64,000 nucleotides of DNA, from positions 1,653,395 through 1,717,394 of the forward strand of contig OZ243944.1 in assembly GCA_965214295.1 (NCBI GenBank). Reading direction: 5' to 3'. Under the pieces are notes generated by a model. It saw nothing but the letters and a program-made list of their open reading frames with translations. It did not search any database and had not been told where the DNA came from. The translations under genes were made by a program, and so were the position numbers. The DNA is from Chloroflexota bacterium (lineage in GTDB: Bacteria; Chloroflexota; UBA11872; UBA12225; JAJDUF01). Positions 37,589 through 46,785 of the stretch are shown here, piece after piece (within the stretch, counting starts at the first letter, position 1; the number at the start of each line of letters is the position of its first letter).

Positions 37589-38063
37589 CTACTGGCTTGA
37601 CTCGGATACTTTGATTCGGCCGTATCGGGAGCTTACCTTTGATTGGCTGCCGAGCCTCTGGACGATCCTGCGGGAGAAGGGTGTGGAGGGAATCATTGCG
37701 AGTAGTTTGTATGTCTATGAAGAACTCAAGGATGGTGATGACGCTCTAGCGAAATGGGCTGAGGAGTGCCGGGACTTTGGGTTGTGGGTGCCGGCCGACG
37801 AGAGTGTCCAGCATGCCTACTCCACAATTGCAAACTATGTAGTGCAGCATCGGACTTATTCTCCGGAGCATGTGGCTATGTTCCTGGGCAAGGCTGATGC
37901 ATGGATCATCGCGCATGCTCTGGCCGGTGGTGGCAGAGTGGTCACGTTCGAGGTGTCTCAGCCGCTATCAGCGAGGCCCAAAATCCCGGATGTCGCTGGC
38001 AATTTCGGGGTGGACTGCTTAACGCTACATGAAATGCTCAGGGAAATGGAGGTAAGAATCTAA
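37581..38063 (+). CDS. DUF4411 PIN-like domain protein (putative nuclease/toxin partner of ImmA/IrrE-HTH gene)
   Basis: GTG start overlapping upstream stop by 8 bp (GTGCCTGA); family assignment from memory of conserved ImmA-DUF4411 pairing. Confidence 0.6.
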   Translation: MPDYWLDSDTLIRPYRELTFDWLPSLWTILREKGVEGIIASSLYVYEELKDGDDALAKWAEECRDFGLWVPADESVQHAYSTIANYVVQHRTYSPEHVAMFLGKADAWIIAHALAGGGRVVTFEVSQPLSARPKIPDVAGNFGVDCLTLHEMLREMEVRI

Positions 38064-38118
38064 GGTGCTTCCGTGTTGCGGCGTATCCATGCGCCGTCTT
38101 CCTCGGCCGCTGGCACGG

Positions 38119-39261
38119 TTAGCTTACGAGCCGCTGTCGCACCAGGTCCATGTCCAGCTCTATTCCGAGGCCCGGTCCGGTCGGGGGAATGATGTAGCCG
38201 TTCTCGAAGACGAGCGGCTCCTTGAATATCGTCCGGTGAATTGGGCCTTGGTTCGCTTCCTGGATCAAGAAGTTCGGCGAGCACGTATCGAGCTGAATGG
38301 CCGCCGCGGCGGCAATCGGACCACAGGCCATATGCGGCGCGATCATCGCGTAATGGGCTTCTGCGATGCTGGCGATCTTCTTCGACTCCAGGATGCCACC
38401 GCACTGCCCCACGTCGAGCTGGATGATCTGAGCCGCCTGCTTCTCGATCAGCTCGGCAAACTCGTATTTCGTCACGAGACGCTCACCGCTGGCGATGGGA
38501 ATGCTGGTGTGGGCGGCAACCCTCGCCATCTCGTCCACGTTCTCCGGGGGTACCGGCTCTTCGAACCAGAAGGGTTGGTACTTCTCCAGAGCTTGAGCCG
38601 CACGGATGGCGCTATAGGTAGTAAGCTGTCCATGGGTGCCGATGCCGACCTCCAGCCGGTCGCCGACGGCATTGCGGATGCTCTCGAAGATGCGCTCGGC
38701 GTAGGTGATCTCCGCCAACGAGATGTCGCGTGGCAGGGGATACAAGGGCCTGAACGGGTCGAGCTTGCAGGCGGAATTGCCCTGCTCCAGTAGCTCTATG
38801 GCGATTTCTCCGGCCCGCGCCGGGTTTTCGTCAAAGCCGTCCCTTGGCATATAGGCGTAGGCGCGTAGCCTGTCATGATATTGGCCGCCGAGCAGGTTGT
38901 AGATCGGTTGGTTGACCGCTTTGCCGATGATGTCCCAGCACGCCATTTCAATCGCACTCAGCGCCGGCGTGGTGTGCAGACTTGGATGGCGAAAGTCGTG
39001 CCTGGAGCCATACGCGCGCTGCCAGATTTTCTCTATCTGGAAGGGGTTTTCGCCGATCACGAACTGACGACCGATCTCTTCGATAAGACTGATATGGGCT
39101 TTCAGCCCAGCGAGGTGGTCGGAAAAGACATTGCCGGTCACGCGCTCGCCGAGGCCGACGACCCCCTCGTCGGTGACGACTTCGAGGAAGAGCAGGTACT
39201 TGCCGCCGCGATGGGGCGGGATGTTTTCGACCACCATGGTCTTGATGTCAACGATCTTCAC
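38119..39261 (-). CDS. enolase-superfamily (MR/MLE) sugar-acid dehydratase
   Basis: GTG start MKIVDIKTMVV with RBS GGAGGAGGG; MACWDIIGK; metal ligand motifs. Confidence 0.8.
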   Translation of the reverse strand: MKIVDIKTMVVENIPPHRGGKYLLFLEVVTDEGVVGLGERVTGNVFSDHLAGLKAHISLIEEIGRQFVIGENPFQIEKIWQRAYGSRHDFRHPSLHTTPALSAIEMACWDIIGKAVNQPIYNLLGGQYHDRLRAYAYMPRDGFDENPARAGEIAIELLEQGNSACKLDPFRPLYPLPRDISLAEITYAERIFESIRNAVGDRLEVGIGTHGQLTTYSAIRAAQALEKYQPFWFEEPVPPENVDEMARVAAHTSIPIASGERLVTKYEFAELIEKQAAQIIQLDVGQCGGILESKKIASIAEAHYAMIAPHMACGPIAAAAAIQLDTCSPNFLIQEANQGPIHRTIFKEPLVFENGYIIPPTGPGLGIELDMDLVRQRLVS

Positions 39262-39408
39262 CTCGCCCTCCTCCAACCCCGGCCCGTCATTCCCTCGTTC
39301 GCGGGAATCTACCGTGCAGCCGCGTGCCCCGGTTGCCCTGGATTCCCGCTTGCGCGAGAGTGACGGATGAGGGGCCGGGAACGACGGGGCTGCTTGTAGT
39401 CATCCATG

Positions 39409-40500
39409 CTAGCCGGTGAGCTTCGGCTCCCGCCACCTGGCCCCCTGCTGCCAGGTATCCCGGTCGGCACGGTGCATCCGCAGGTTACTCTCCCGGAGGG
39501 GCAGCGCAATCCGCTTGCCGCCCTGGAGGTGGGACTCCAGGATCGCCACCATGATCTCGACGCCGTGGCGCGCCGACTCCACGCCACCGCGCGGCGGACC
39601 GCCGGTGTCCAATGCCCCGACCAAGTCCATGATCGTGTTGATCGTGGTGCTTTGGCGGGGGAACGTGGGGAACTCCACCGGCCGGTGGCTGCGCGCGCTG
39701 CCCTTCCGCATGACCCAGTCCAGGGTATCGTTGAAGGTGCCCACCATGCCGTGCTCACAGTTGGCCTGGTATTCGTAGCGGTTGGTGCAGAGCAGGTACA
39801 GGGTGACGCCGTTCTCGAAGCGGATCACGCCGTCGCCGCCGGGGTCGTCGCGGTAGACGTGGCCGTCACGGAGCGGCTCCGACTGGGGCGCGTTGCCCTG
39901 TACCCACACGGCGCGGGCATCGCCGTTGAGATACAGCGCCAGGTCCATGGTATGGCAGCCGTGGTCGAAGAGACCGCCTCCGTAGGTCATCACCAGGCTT
40001 TGGAGGGCACCTAGCTCACCCTGCTCGATGATCTCCCGCATCTTCCCAAAGCCCGGATGGTAGCGGCGCTGGGTGCCCATGTCGAACGCGGTGCCGTGGC
40101 GCTCGCACGCCGCGGCCATGGCGTTGGCCGTCGCCAAGGATGGCGCCATACCCTTCTCGCAGTAGATGGCCTTGACGCCCTGCTCCGCAGCATGGATCAC
40201 GATGTCGGCGTGGTGCTCGACGTGGGTAGCGACGCTCACGATGTCGAGGTCTTCCCTGGCGACCATCTCCTGGTAGTCGGTGTATTGCCGATCCTTGGGT
40301 ACCGCGTACTGCTCTCCGAATACCGCCATCAAGTCTTCGCGGAAGTCGGAGCAGGCTACCAAGTCGGTCCGGTCGCAGGCGTAGAAGCCGGCGCCGTGAG
40401 CATAGGGCGGCACGTGCCCGGGGGCACCGACGACCTCGTTGTCAATGAAGCCACCCATACGCCCGCAGCCGATCACCGCAGCTCTGTAGATTTTCACCGT
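39409..40500 (-). CDS. Gfo/Idh/MocA family oxidoreductase
   Basis: GTG start (VKIYRAAVIGCGRMG) with RBS GAGGAG; EKG motif. Confidence 0.8.
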   Translation of the reverse strand, partial: TVKIYRAAVIGCGRMGGFIDNEVVGAPGHVPPYAHGAGFYACDRTDLVACSDFREDLMAVFGEQYAVPKDRQYTDYQEMVAREDLDIVSVATHVEHHADIVIHAAEQGVKAIYCEKGMAPSLATANAMAAACERHGTAFDMGTQRRYHPGFGKMREIIEQGELGALQSLVMTYGGGLFDHGCHTMDLALYLNGDARAVWVQGNAPQSEPLRDGHVYRDDPGGDGVIRFENGVTLYLLCTNRYEYQANCEHGMVGTFNDTLDWVMRKGSARSHRPVEFPTFPRQSTTINTIMDLVGALDTGGPPRGGVESARHGVEIMVAILESHLQGGKRIALPLRESNLRMHRADRDTWQQGARWREPKLTG

Positions 40501-40666
40501 TCTCCTCGCTCCCGACCGGTCGTGATGCATAGTATGGTCGCCGCCGGCGCGGCCGCGCGCTCGCCTCCGACCGGCCCTTATCGTACCGCGCGCCGCCGAT
40601 AGCCTCCGACCACGTCGCCTGCAAGTGGTAGAATGCCCACCGGACCACCGACGGAGGATAGACGGC

Positions 40667-41494
40667 ATGCCAGGACTGACGGCGGCGCAGTTGCAGCAGT
40701 ATGGGGAGGACGGTTTCCTGACGGTGGAAGGGGTCCTGACCCCGGAGGAGGTCGAGACGCTGCGTCAAGCGTGCAGTGAGGTAGAGGAGCTGGCACAGGG
40801 CCTCACGGCTCGGACTCCGGCCATCCAGCCGCGTATCCTCCCCTCCGGCCGCCGCGTGGTGGACATTGTCAAAGGAGCCGTGTTTCAGCATCCGCAGTTC
40901 CTCGCAGCCTGCACGCACCCCGGCGTACTCGACATCATCGAATCGCTGGTCGGCCCGGATATTCAGCATCACCACAGTAAGCTGAACTGGAAGCCCCCGC
41001 TGCCCCCGGAGCAGGCTGCCCAGGGGTGGAAGATCGGGTGGCACCAGGATTACGCCTTCTTCCCGCACACCAACTATGATCTGCCGGCGTGCGCCATCTA
41101 TCTCGATGACACCAACCTGGAGAATGGCTGTATGCAGGTCATTCCCGGCAGCCATCGCGGCGGACCGCGCAATCATATGCAGGACGGCGCCTTCAGCGGC
41201 GTGTGTCAGGAGCCGGAAGCCTACGCGGACGAGTCGCGGTGGCGGACGGTGGAGGTTCCGGCCGGCGGCATCTCGCTCCACCATTGCCTGATGCTCCACA
41301 GCTCCGGCCCCAACCACTCGGAGCGCGCCAGACGAACATTCGTTATTCAGTATCGGGCGGCCGACAACGTGCAGGTCGCCGGCCGCACCAGTCATCTGGG
41401 CTGGGGCTTTCAGGTCCGCGGACAGAACCATGCGCTGATCCGCTTCGAGAACGGAGTCACCTGCCCGCTCCCGGAGGGGCTGACGTCGCACTAG
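40667..41494 (+). CDS. phytanoyl-CoA dioxygenase (PhyH) family Fe(II)/2-oxoglutarate oxygenase
   Basis: WHQDYAFF (HxD) ... HHCLMLHSSGPN ... RR; RBS GGAGG. Confidence 0.75.
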   Translation: MPGLTAAQLQQYGEDGFLTVEGVLTPEEVETLRQACSEVEELAQGLTARTPAIQPRILPSGRRVVDIVKGAVFQHPQFLAACTHPGVLDIIESLVGPDIQHHHSKLNWKPPLPPEQAAQGWKIGWHQDYAFFPHTNYDLPACAIYLDDTNLENGCMQVIPGSHRGGPRNHMQDGAFSGVCQEPEAYADESRWRTVEVPAGGISLHHCLMLHSSGPNHSERARRTFVIQYRAADNVQVAGRTSHLGWGFQVRGQNHALIRFENGVTCPLPEGLTSH

Positions 41495-41504
41495 GAGCGA
41501 CCCC

Positions 41505-42305
41505 ATGAACACTGCGGAGCAGCAAGCGCACTTCCGCACCTTCGGCTTCGTGGTCCAGCGTCAGGCGTTCACGCCCGACGAGATGCGGGCAATTACGCAC
41601 GAGTTCGACGCTCTGATGACCGAGCTGCGCGAGGGCCAGCCCTTTATGGGGGAGAGCAGTGAAAATCGCGCTCCGTTCGTCGAGCTACGCCCGGCACTGT
41701 CCCGGCTGGCGGTGGACGACCGCATCCATGGCACCGTCGAGAAGTTGCTCGGCCCGGACTTCCTCTGGGCCAGCTCCGAGGGCAACATCACCGTCGGCGA
41801 CCATCTCTGGCATCCCGATAGGCCGGGCGACGAGGAAGAGATTTCGTACCTCCGCCTCAAGACGATGATTTACCTGGACGAAACGACCCGAGATGCCGGT
41901 GCCATCCGCCTGATCCCCGGCTCGCATCGTCTGCCGCTGCACGAGGAGATCGAGCGTGAGCAGCGCCACCAGCACGGGCCAACGTTGGCGCCGTTCGGTG
42001 TGCCCGGCGCCGAGGTGCCCTGCTTCGCCTACGAGTCCCGACCCGGCGACGTGCTCTTCTTCAACCAAAGCCTCTGGCATGGGGTCTTCCACGGGTGGGT
42101 CGGGCGCCGCTATATCGCGCTGAAGTACGCCGCCATGCCGCAAACGGACAAGCAGATTGGCTCGCTCGACTACTATTCCCGCGGCACTATCTTCCAGCCG
42201 GTCGATTCGTTCGCGCAGAGCGACAATCCCCGCATTCGGCGCATGGTGGACCCGCTACCGGCGCTAGGACGCAAGCAGGTCCCGCCCTTTGTCCCCTTCC
42301 GCTGA
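41505..42305 (+). CDS. PhyH-family Fe(II)/2OG oxygenase
   Basis: LWHPD (HxD), IPGSHR, LWHGVF. Confidence 0.75.
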   Translation: MNTAEQQAHFRTFGFVVQRQAFTPDEMRAITHEFDALMTELREGQPFMGESSENRAPFVELRPALSRLAVDDRIHGTVEKLLGPDFLWASSEGNITVGDHLWHPDRPGDEEEISYLRLKTMIYLDETTRDAGAIRLIPGSHRLPLHEEIEREQRHQHGPTLAPFGVPGAEVPCFAYESRPGDVLFFNQSLWHGVFHGWVGRRYIALKYAAMPQTDKQIGSLDYYSRGTIFQPVDSFAQSDNPRIRRMVDPLPALGRKQVPPFVPFR

Positions 42306-43943
42306 ACAGGCGAGATGGGTCTCTATCCATTCCGTAACGGTGTCTCGCCAGGCGACCGGGGCAAAAAGCCTCAAGCTAAGGTACGACCGTCGCTCATCCA
42401 TTCCCAGTGCCGCCACTGCTGCATTGTGACCGATAACCAGGGGTACTAGGGTCGTATACCGAACGTAATGTACAGACATGTTTGGAAACTCTATGGCCGA
42501 CGTCAGCTGCTCCAAGAAGGGCCGAGAAAATAGATTCCGGTTCTCTTTCCTGGACACCACAAAATAGCTTGCGAGTGGATTCATTGCTAGTTGTAGACAC
42601 TCCCAAGAAACATCCCCTGTTGCTCTAGTTAGGCAATATGTGAAAGCCGGTCCGCTGGTATCCCCAAGTCCGATCTCAATCGCGTCAGGCCGTTTGGCAT
42701 TCACCACTTCCCAGTTTCTATGACCGTCTATTCTTCGCTGTCCCCGCCGCGACCTCGACTGCCAGTATGTTCCGAAGATGTAGCAAGCCCCAAAAACCTC
42801 TTCTAGCAGTGACCACCCCACACGACGCATCTGGTACAACAGCCGGTCAAACCGATACTCTCGCTCATCGTCCTTCATGAGTCCCAAAAGCCTGATCTCG
42901 AAGCCACTGATCTGATCCAACACCTGAGTTGGCACTTGCGCCCGATCCGCCTCTTCCGGGAACCAACTGAGTTCAGCAATGTCCCGGGGAGTCAGAACCG
43001 GGTAGGCTACAGCCCGTATCGGTAGGTCGGGGGCATGCCGCCAGAATACTTGCTTGTCATGCTGCGCTCGCCAGAGATGGCGGCTCTGTGTACTCCCCCC
43101 ATCCAGTTCATGGCGAACGGGCTTGGGGATCATGCCCCGGCCATCCCAAGTAGCGATATGCCACGTTGTACTCGCCACCGGGAGCACGGGACCATCTGGG
43201 TCGGGGCCAATGAGATGCTGTTCAATCCAGGCCGCGATCACAGGACGCAGTTCAGCCGGCATAAGAATCTGCAGACCACCGCTACTAGCTGAGACGAGTG
43301 CCATGCCATGGCGCACCACCAGAGCAAGCAGGGCCGGGTAGTTGACCTTGACTTTCCTGCGGCGTGTCTCCACATGCAGAGTATTAATGACCTTGGAGAG
43401 AAATGCTTGAGAGATGATTTGGGTATCCGGCGTGGTAGTTGAGATGAAAGGGGACATAATGGCATAGTGATCTTCAACAGAGTCCAGGTATCCTCCGATA
43501 TTCACTCTCCGCAAACCAACTAGAAAGCTGTAGCGTGGCTCCGTATCAACCTCACGCTCTACGACCCCCTTCTCTCTGAGCTTGCTTTCCTCCCAAAATA
43601 GTCCTTTATATGATCGGATTCTATTCTTCATTTCGATATTACTTATACGGAGAAGATGATTTGATTGAAACACATCACTGAGAATACTCTGTGTAATCAT
43701 CCTCTGCAGTTTGGAAACACGATCAAGGAGATGACGATAACGATCATCCCGGCCCTCGAAGTCAATAGCAATACCGCTAACCGGTGGGGGTGTCCCAGTC
43801 GGCAATTGTGCTGTATTGGCACTTTCCGGATGCCAATGCAGGTCGGGTATGTCCCCTAGCCCTACTTCTGGATACTCCGTCACATGGAACGTGATATCGT
43901 ACATAGCTCCCGGCGTCCCTTCCGTGGTGAGAACAGTAAGCAA
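42264..43943 (-). CDS. hypothetical protein (559 aa), no recognisable domain; low-GC islet
   Basis: long ORF with protein-like composition, ~50% GC; start may be M14 (MYDITFHV); overlaps 3' end of PhyH gene convergently. Confidence 0.5.
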   Translation of the reverse strand: MLTVLTTEGTPGAMYDITFHVTEYPEVGLGDIPDLHWHPESANTAQLPTGTPPPVSGIAIDFEGRDDRYRHLLDRVSKLQRMITQSILSDVFQSNHLLRISNIEMKNRIRSYKGLFWEESKLREKGVVEREVDTEPRYSFLVGLRRVNIGGYLDSVEDHYAIMSPFISTTTPDTQIISQAFLSKVINTLHVETRRRKVKVNYPALLALVVRHGMALVSASSGGLQILMPAELRPVIAAWIEQHLIGPDPDGPVLPVASTTWHIATWDGRGMIPKPVRHELDGGSTQSRHLWRAQHDKQVFWRHAPDLPIRAVAYPVLTPRDIAELSWFPEEADRAQVPTQVLDQISGFEIRLLGLMKDDEREYRFDRLLYQMRRVGWSLLEEVFGACYIFGTYWQSRSRRGQRRIDGHRNWEVVNAKRPDAIEIGLGDTSGPAFTYCLTRATGDVSWECLQLAMNPLASYFVVSRKENRNLFSRPFLEQLTSAIEFPNMSVHYVRYTTLVPLVIGHNAAVAALGMDERRSYLSLRLFAPVAWRDTVTEWIETHLACSAEGDKGRDLLAS

Positions 43944-44160
43944 GGACCAGGTCGGAGGCTATACTTAGCGTCAGCCCTCAACATAGCGGCGGCACAGCAT
44001 CGGTCCGGCGGAATCGGCAGCGATGGCATCCGTCCGTCCCATGTTATGTGGCCCACCTGATGGGTATCATACAGTACCCGGACATCCCTGCCGCCCGCAC
44101 TGCTACTTCACGAGGGCTTGCGGCGCCCACAACGGTAATCAGAAGTCAGGAGGCCACACG

Positions 44161-45351
44161 ATGAGCAGCCGGAGCGAGCCGCCAGCGACCGCCGGAGCCG
44201 CCGCCAGCGGGCAGCGGGTTGATCTCGGCATCACGCGGCTGACGCAATCGGACGCCGGACACGCCAACGGCGCCGCCATCGTGCGCGCGCAAAACGGGTC
44301 GCGCCCCGAACGCATCGCCACCGATTTCTCCGCGGCCCGGTCGCGCTATCGCGTGAGCGTGGAGGAGTACGTGCGGTTCCTCGTGGACGGGTTCTTGATC
44401 GTGCGCGGCCTGGTCGGTCCGGAGGAGGTGCAGGAGTTACTCACTCACACCGAGGACCTCCTGTATGGCCGCGTCGAGGCGCCGGGCTTGGCGCCACCCC
44501 CGCCAGGCGCCAGCGTAGCCGAGATCGAGCGCCGGTACCTCCGCATCCATATGCTGCACCAACATCTGGAAATACACGAGCGCTTTCTGCTCCATCCGCG
44601 TATTCTCGACGTGCTCGAAGCGCTCATCGGCCCGGACGTGATGGCGATGCAGACGATGCTCTTTTTCAAGCCGCCCGGTGGCGCCGGCCAAGGCTATCAT
44701 CAGGACAGCTACTACATCCCCACCTACCCCGATACGCTCTGCGGCGCGTGGCTGGCGTTGGAGCGGGCGGATGAGGAAAACGGCTGCGTGTGGTTCACGG
44801 GCGGCACGCAGCACGAGCCGATCTATCCCAGTGCGGACCGGCTCACCCAGAATCACGCCAACCTGGCGCTGACACCCGTGGAGCACGTGTCGCATACGGA
44901 CACGGCAGTCAACACGTTGAGCCGGATTGCTGCGCGGTATCCTGGGCGGGAAGTGCCGGCCGTCGCCGAGCCGGGTGACGTGGTGTTCTTTGCCGGGCAC
45001 ATTCTCCACCGCTCGCACACCAATCGGTCCCCGGATCGTTTTCGCCGGGCGTTCGTTAGCCACTACGCCAACGCCCGCTCGTTCACGATGTGGGGTGGCC
45101 CGAGCCGGCAGCGGCAGACGAATGATCGGCATATTCTGGCCCGCGGGTGGACGCACTTGCCGTTCGGCCTCCCCCGGTTCGAGACACCCTGCGCGGCCAA
45201 CGGGCCGCCGCCCGCTGCCGCCCAACGGGGTGACGAGCCAATGCCCAGCGCCCTCATGGCGGACGGCGCTGAGATGCAATCGGCGGCACAAAACCCGCAG
45301 CGGAACGACCCGGCGCTGATGCGGCAGCACGATACTGCCGGCGGGCGCTAG
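44161..45351 (+). CDS. PhyH-family Fe(II)/2OG oxygenase with N- and C-terminal extensions
   Basis: YHQDSYY (HxD), FAGHILHRS; RBS AGGAGG 8 nt upstream. Confidence 0.7.
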   Translation: MSSRSEPPATAGAAASGQRVDLGITRLTQSDAGHANGAAIVRAQNGSRPERIATDFSAARSRYRVSVEEYVRFLVDGFLIVRGLVGPEEVQELLTHTEDLLYGRVEAPGLAPPPPGASVAEIERRYLRIHMLHQHLEIHERFLLHPRILDVLEALIGPDVMAMQTMLFFKPPGGAGQGYHQDSYYIPTYPDTLCGAWLALERADEENGCVWFTGGTQHEPIYPSADRLTQNHANLALTPVEHVSHTDTAVNTLSRIAARYPGREVPAVAEPGDVVFFAGHILHRSHTNRSPDRFRRAFVSHYANARSFTMWGGPSRQRQTNDRHILARGWTHLPFGLPRFETPCAANGPPPAAAQRGDEPMPSALMADGAEMQSAAQNPQRNDPALMRQHDTAGGR

Positions 45352-45384
45352 AGACACACGGGCGTCACAGACGGGACCGCTGCG

Positions 45385-46785
45385 ATGTTATTGACGATTA
45401 CCACAACCTACCAACCTGCCACCGACCTGGGCTTTCTTCTGGCCAAGAATCCGGCCCGGTGTCAATCGTTCTCCTTGTCCTTCGGTCAGGCCCATGTCTT
45501 TTATCCGGTAGCGCACGACCGGGTCTGCACGGCGGCACTGCTCGTTGACCTCGATCCGATCCGTCTCGTGCGGCGGCGACGAAGCCGTCAGAGCCAGGAC
45601 CGCACGCTCGGCCAGTACGTGAACGACCGGCCGTATGTGGCCTCATCTTTTCTGAGCGTGGCGTTGGCCCGCGTGTACAAGTCGGCATTGGGCGGCCAGA
45701 GTAAAGAGCGACCGGCACTTGCGGCTACGGCTATTCCGCTCGCGGTGCAGATCACTGCGGTCCAATGTCGCGATGGTGAGCGCATGCTGCGGGCGCTCTT
45801 CGAGCCGCTCGGCTACAACGTCAGCGCCGAGCGCCAGCCGCTCGATGTAGCCTTTCCGCAGTGGGGAGAGAGCACGTATTGGTCACTCGCTCTCGATGCC
45901 ACCCACCGCCTGCATGACCTCCTCACACACCTGTATGTCTTGCTGCCGGTACTGGACGACGACAAGCATTACTGGGTTGGGAGGGACGAGCTGGAGAAGC
46001 TGCTGGCAAAAGGAGCGGGCTGGCTCTCGACTCACCCGGAACGTGACTTGATCGTTGACCGCTACTTGCGGTACCGGCGCCTGCTCACCCGCGAGGCCCT
46101 CGCCAGACTGGTGGTCGACGACGACATCAATCCCGATGCTACCGAGGAAGCACAGGCCCGCGAAGAGGCGGTGTTGGAGGACAGAATCAGCCTCAGTGAG
46201 CAGCGCATGATGGCCGTGCTGGCTGTGCTCAGGGGAGCCGGCGCTACACGGGTGATCGACCTGGGCTGTGGGGAGGGGAAGTTTCTCCAGGTGCTACTCA
46301 AGAATACGGACTATGAGCAAATCACCGGTATGGATGTGTCCTCCCGGGCCCTAGCGTTAGCAGCGAGACGTTTGCGGCTCGACCGGTTACCGGCGAGACA
46401 ACGCGCGCGCATCGAGCTTTTTCAGGGAGCGCTCACCTACCGGGATCAACGACTCACCGGTTACGATGCCGCCTGTGCGCTGGAGGTTATCGAGCACATC
46501 GAACCATCGCGGCTGGGCGCTTTCGAGCGGGTGCTCTTCGAGTTTACACGGCCGTCAACCGTAGTGATTACCACGCCGAACACAGAGTACAACGTGCGAT
46601 TCGAGGACCTTGCCGCCGGTCGGTTCCGCCACCGCGATCATCGCTTCGAGTGGACCCGCGCGGAGTTCTCACGCTGGGCGCAGCGGGTGGCAGATCGCTC
46701 CGGCTATGCGTTTCGGTTGCTGCCTATCGGTCCAGTTGACCCGGCCGTAGGTCCTCCGACCCAGATGGCGGTATTCTCACGATGA
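45385..46785 (+). CDS. hen1: bacterial Hen1 RNA 3'-terminal 2'-O-methyltransferase
   Basis: N-terminal Pnkp-interacting region and C-terminal SAM MTase (VIDLGCGEGKFL); overlaps pnkp start by 4 bp (ATGA). Confidence 0.8.
   Translation: MLLTITTTYQPATDLGFLLAKNPARCQSFSLSFGQAHVFYPVAHDRVCTAALLVDLDPIRLVRRRRSRQSQDRTLGQYVNDRPYVASSFLSVALARVYKSALGGQSKERPALAATAIPLAVQITAVQCRDGERMLRALFEPLGYNVSAERQPLDVAFPQWGESTYWSLALDATHRLHDLLTHLYVLLPVLDDDKHYWVGRDELEKLLAKGAGWLSTHPERDLIVDRYLRYRRLLTREALARLVVDDDINPDATEEAQAREEAVLEDRISLSEQRMMAVLAVLRGAGATRVIDLGCGEGKFLQVLLKNTDYEQITGMDVSSRALALAARRLRLDRLPARQRARIELFQGALTYRDQRLTGYDAACALEVIEHIEPSRLGAFERVLFEFTRPSTVVITTPNTEYNVRFEDLAAGRFRHRDHRFEWTRAEFSRWAQRVADRSGYAFRLLPIGPVDPAVGPPTQMAVFSR

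Noticed and set aside
36305-38118. Direct repeats or att sites flanking the ImmA/DUF4411 islet
   Set aside because: I compared both junctions and found no convincing duplicated sequence longer than ~6 bp, unlike the clear 28-bp repeats at 23432/25405.
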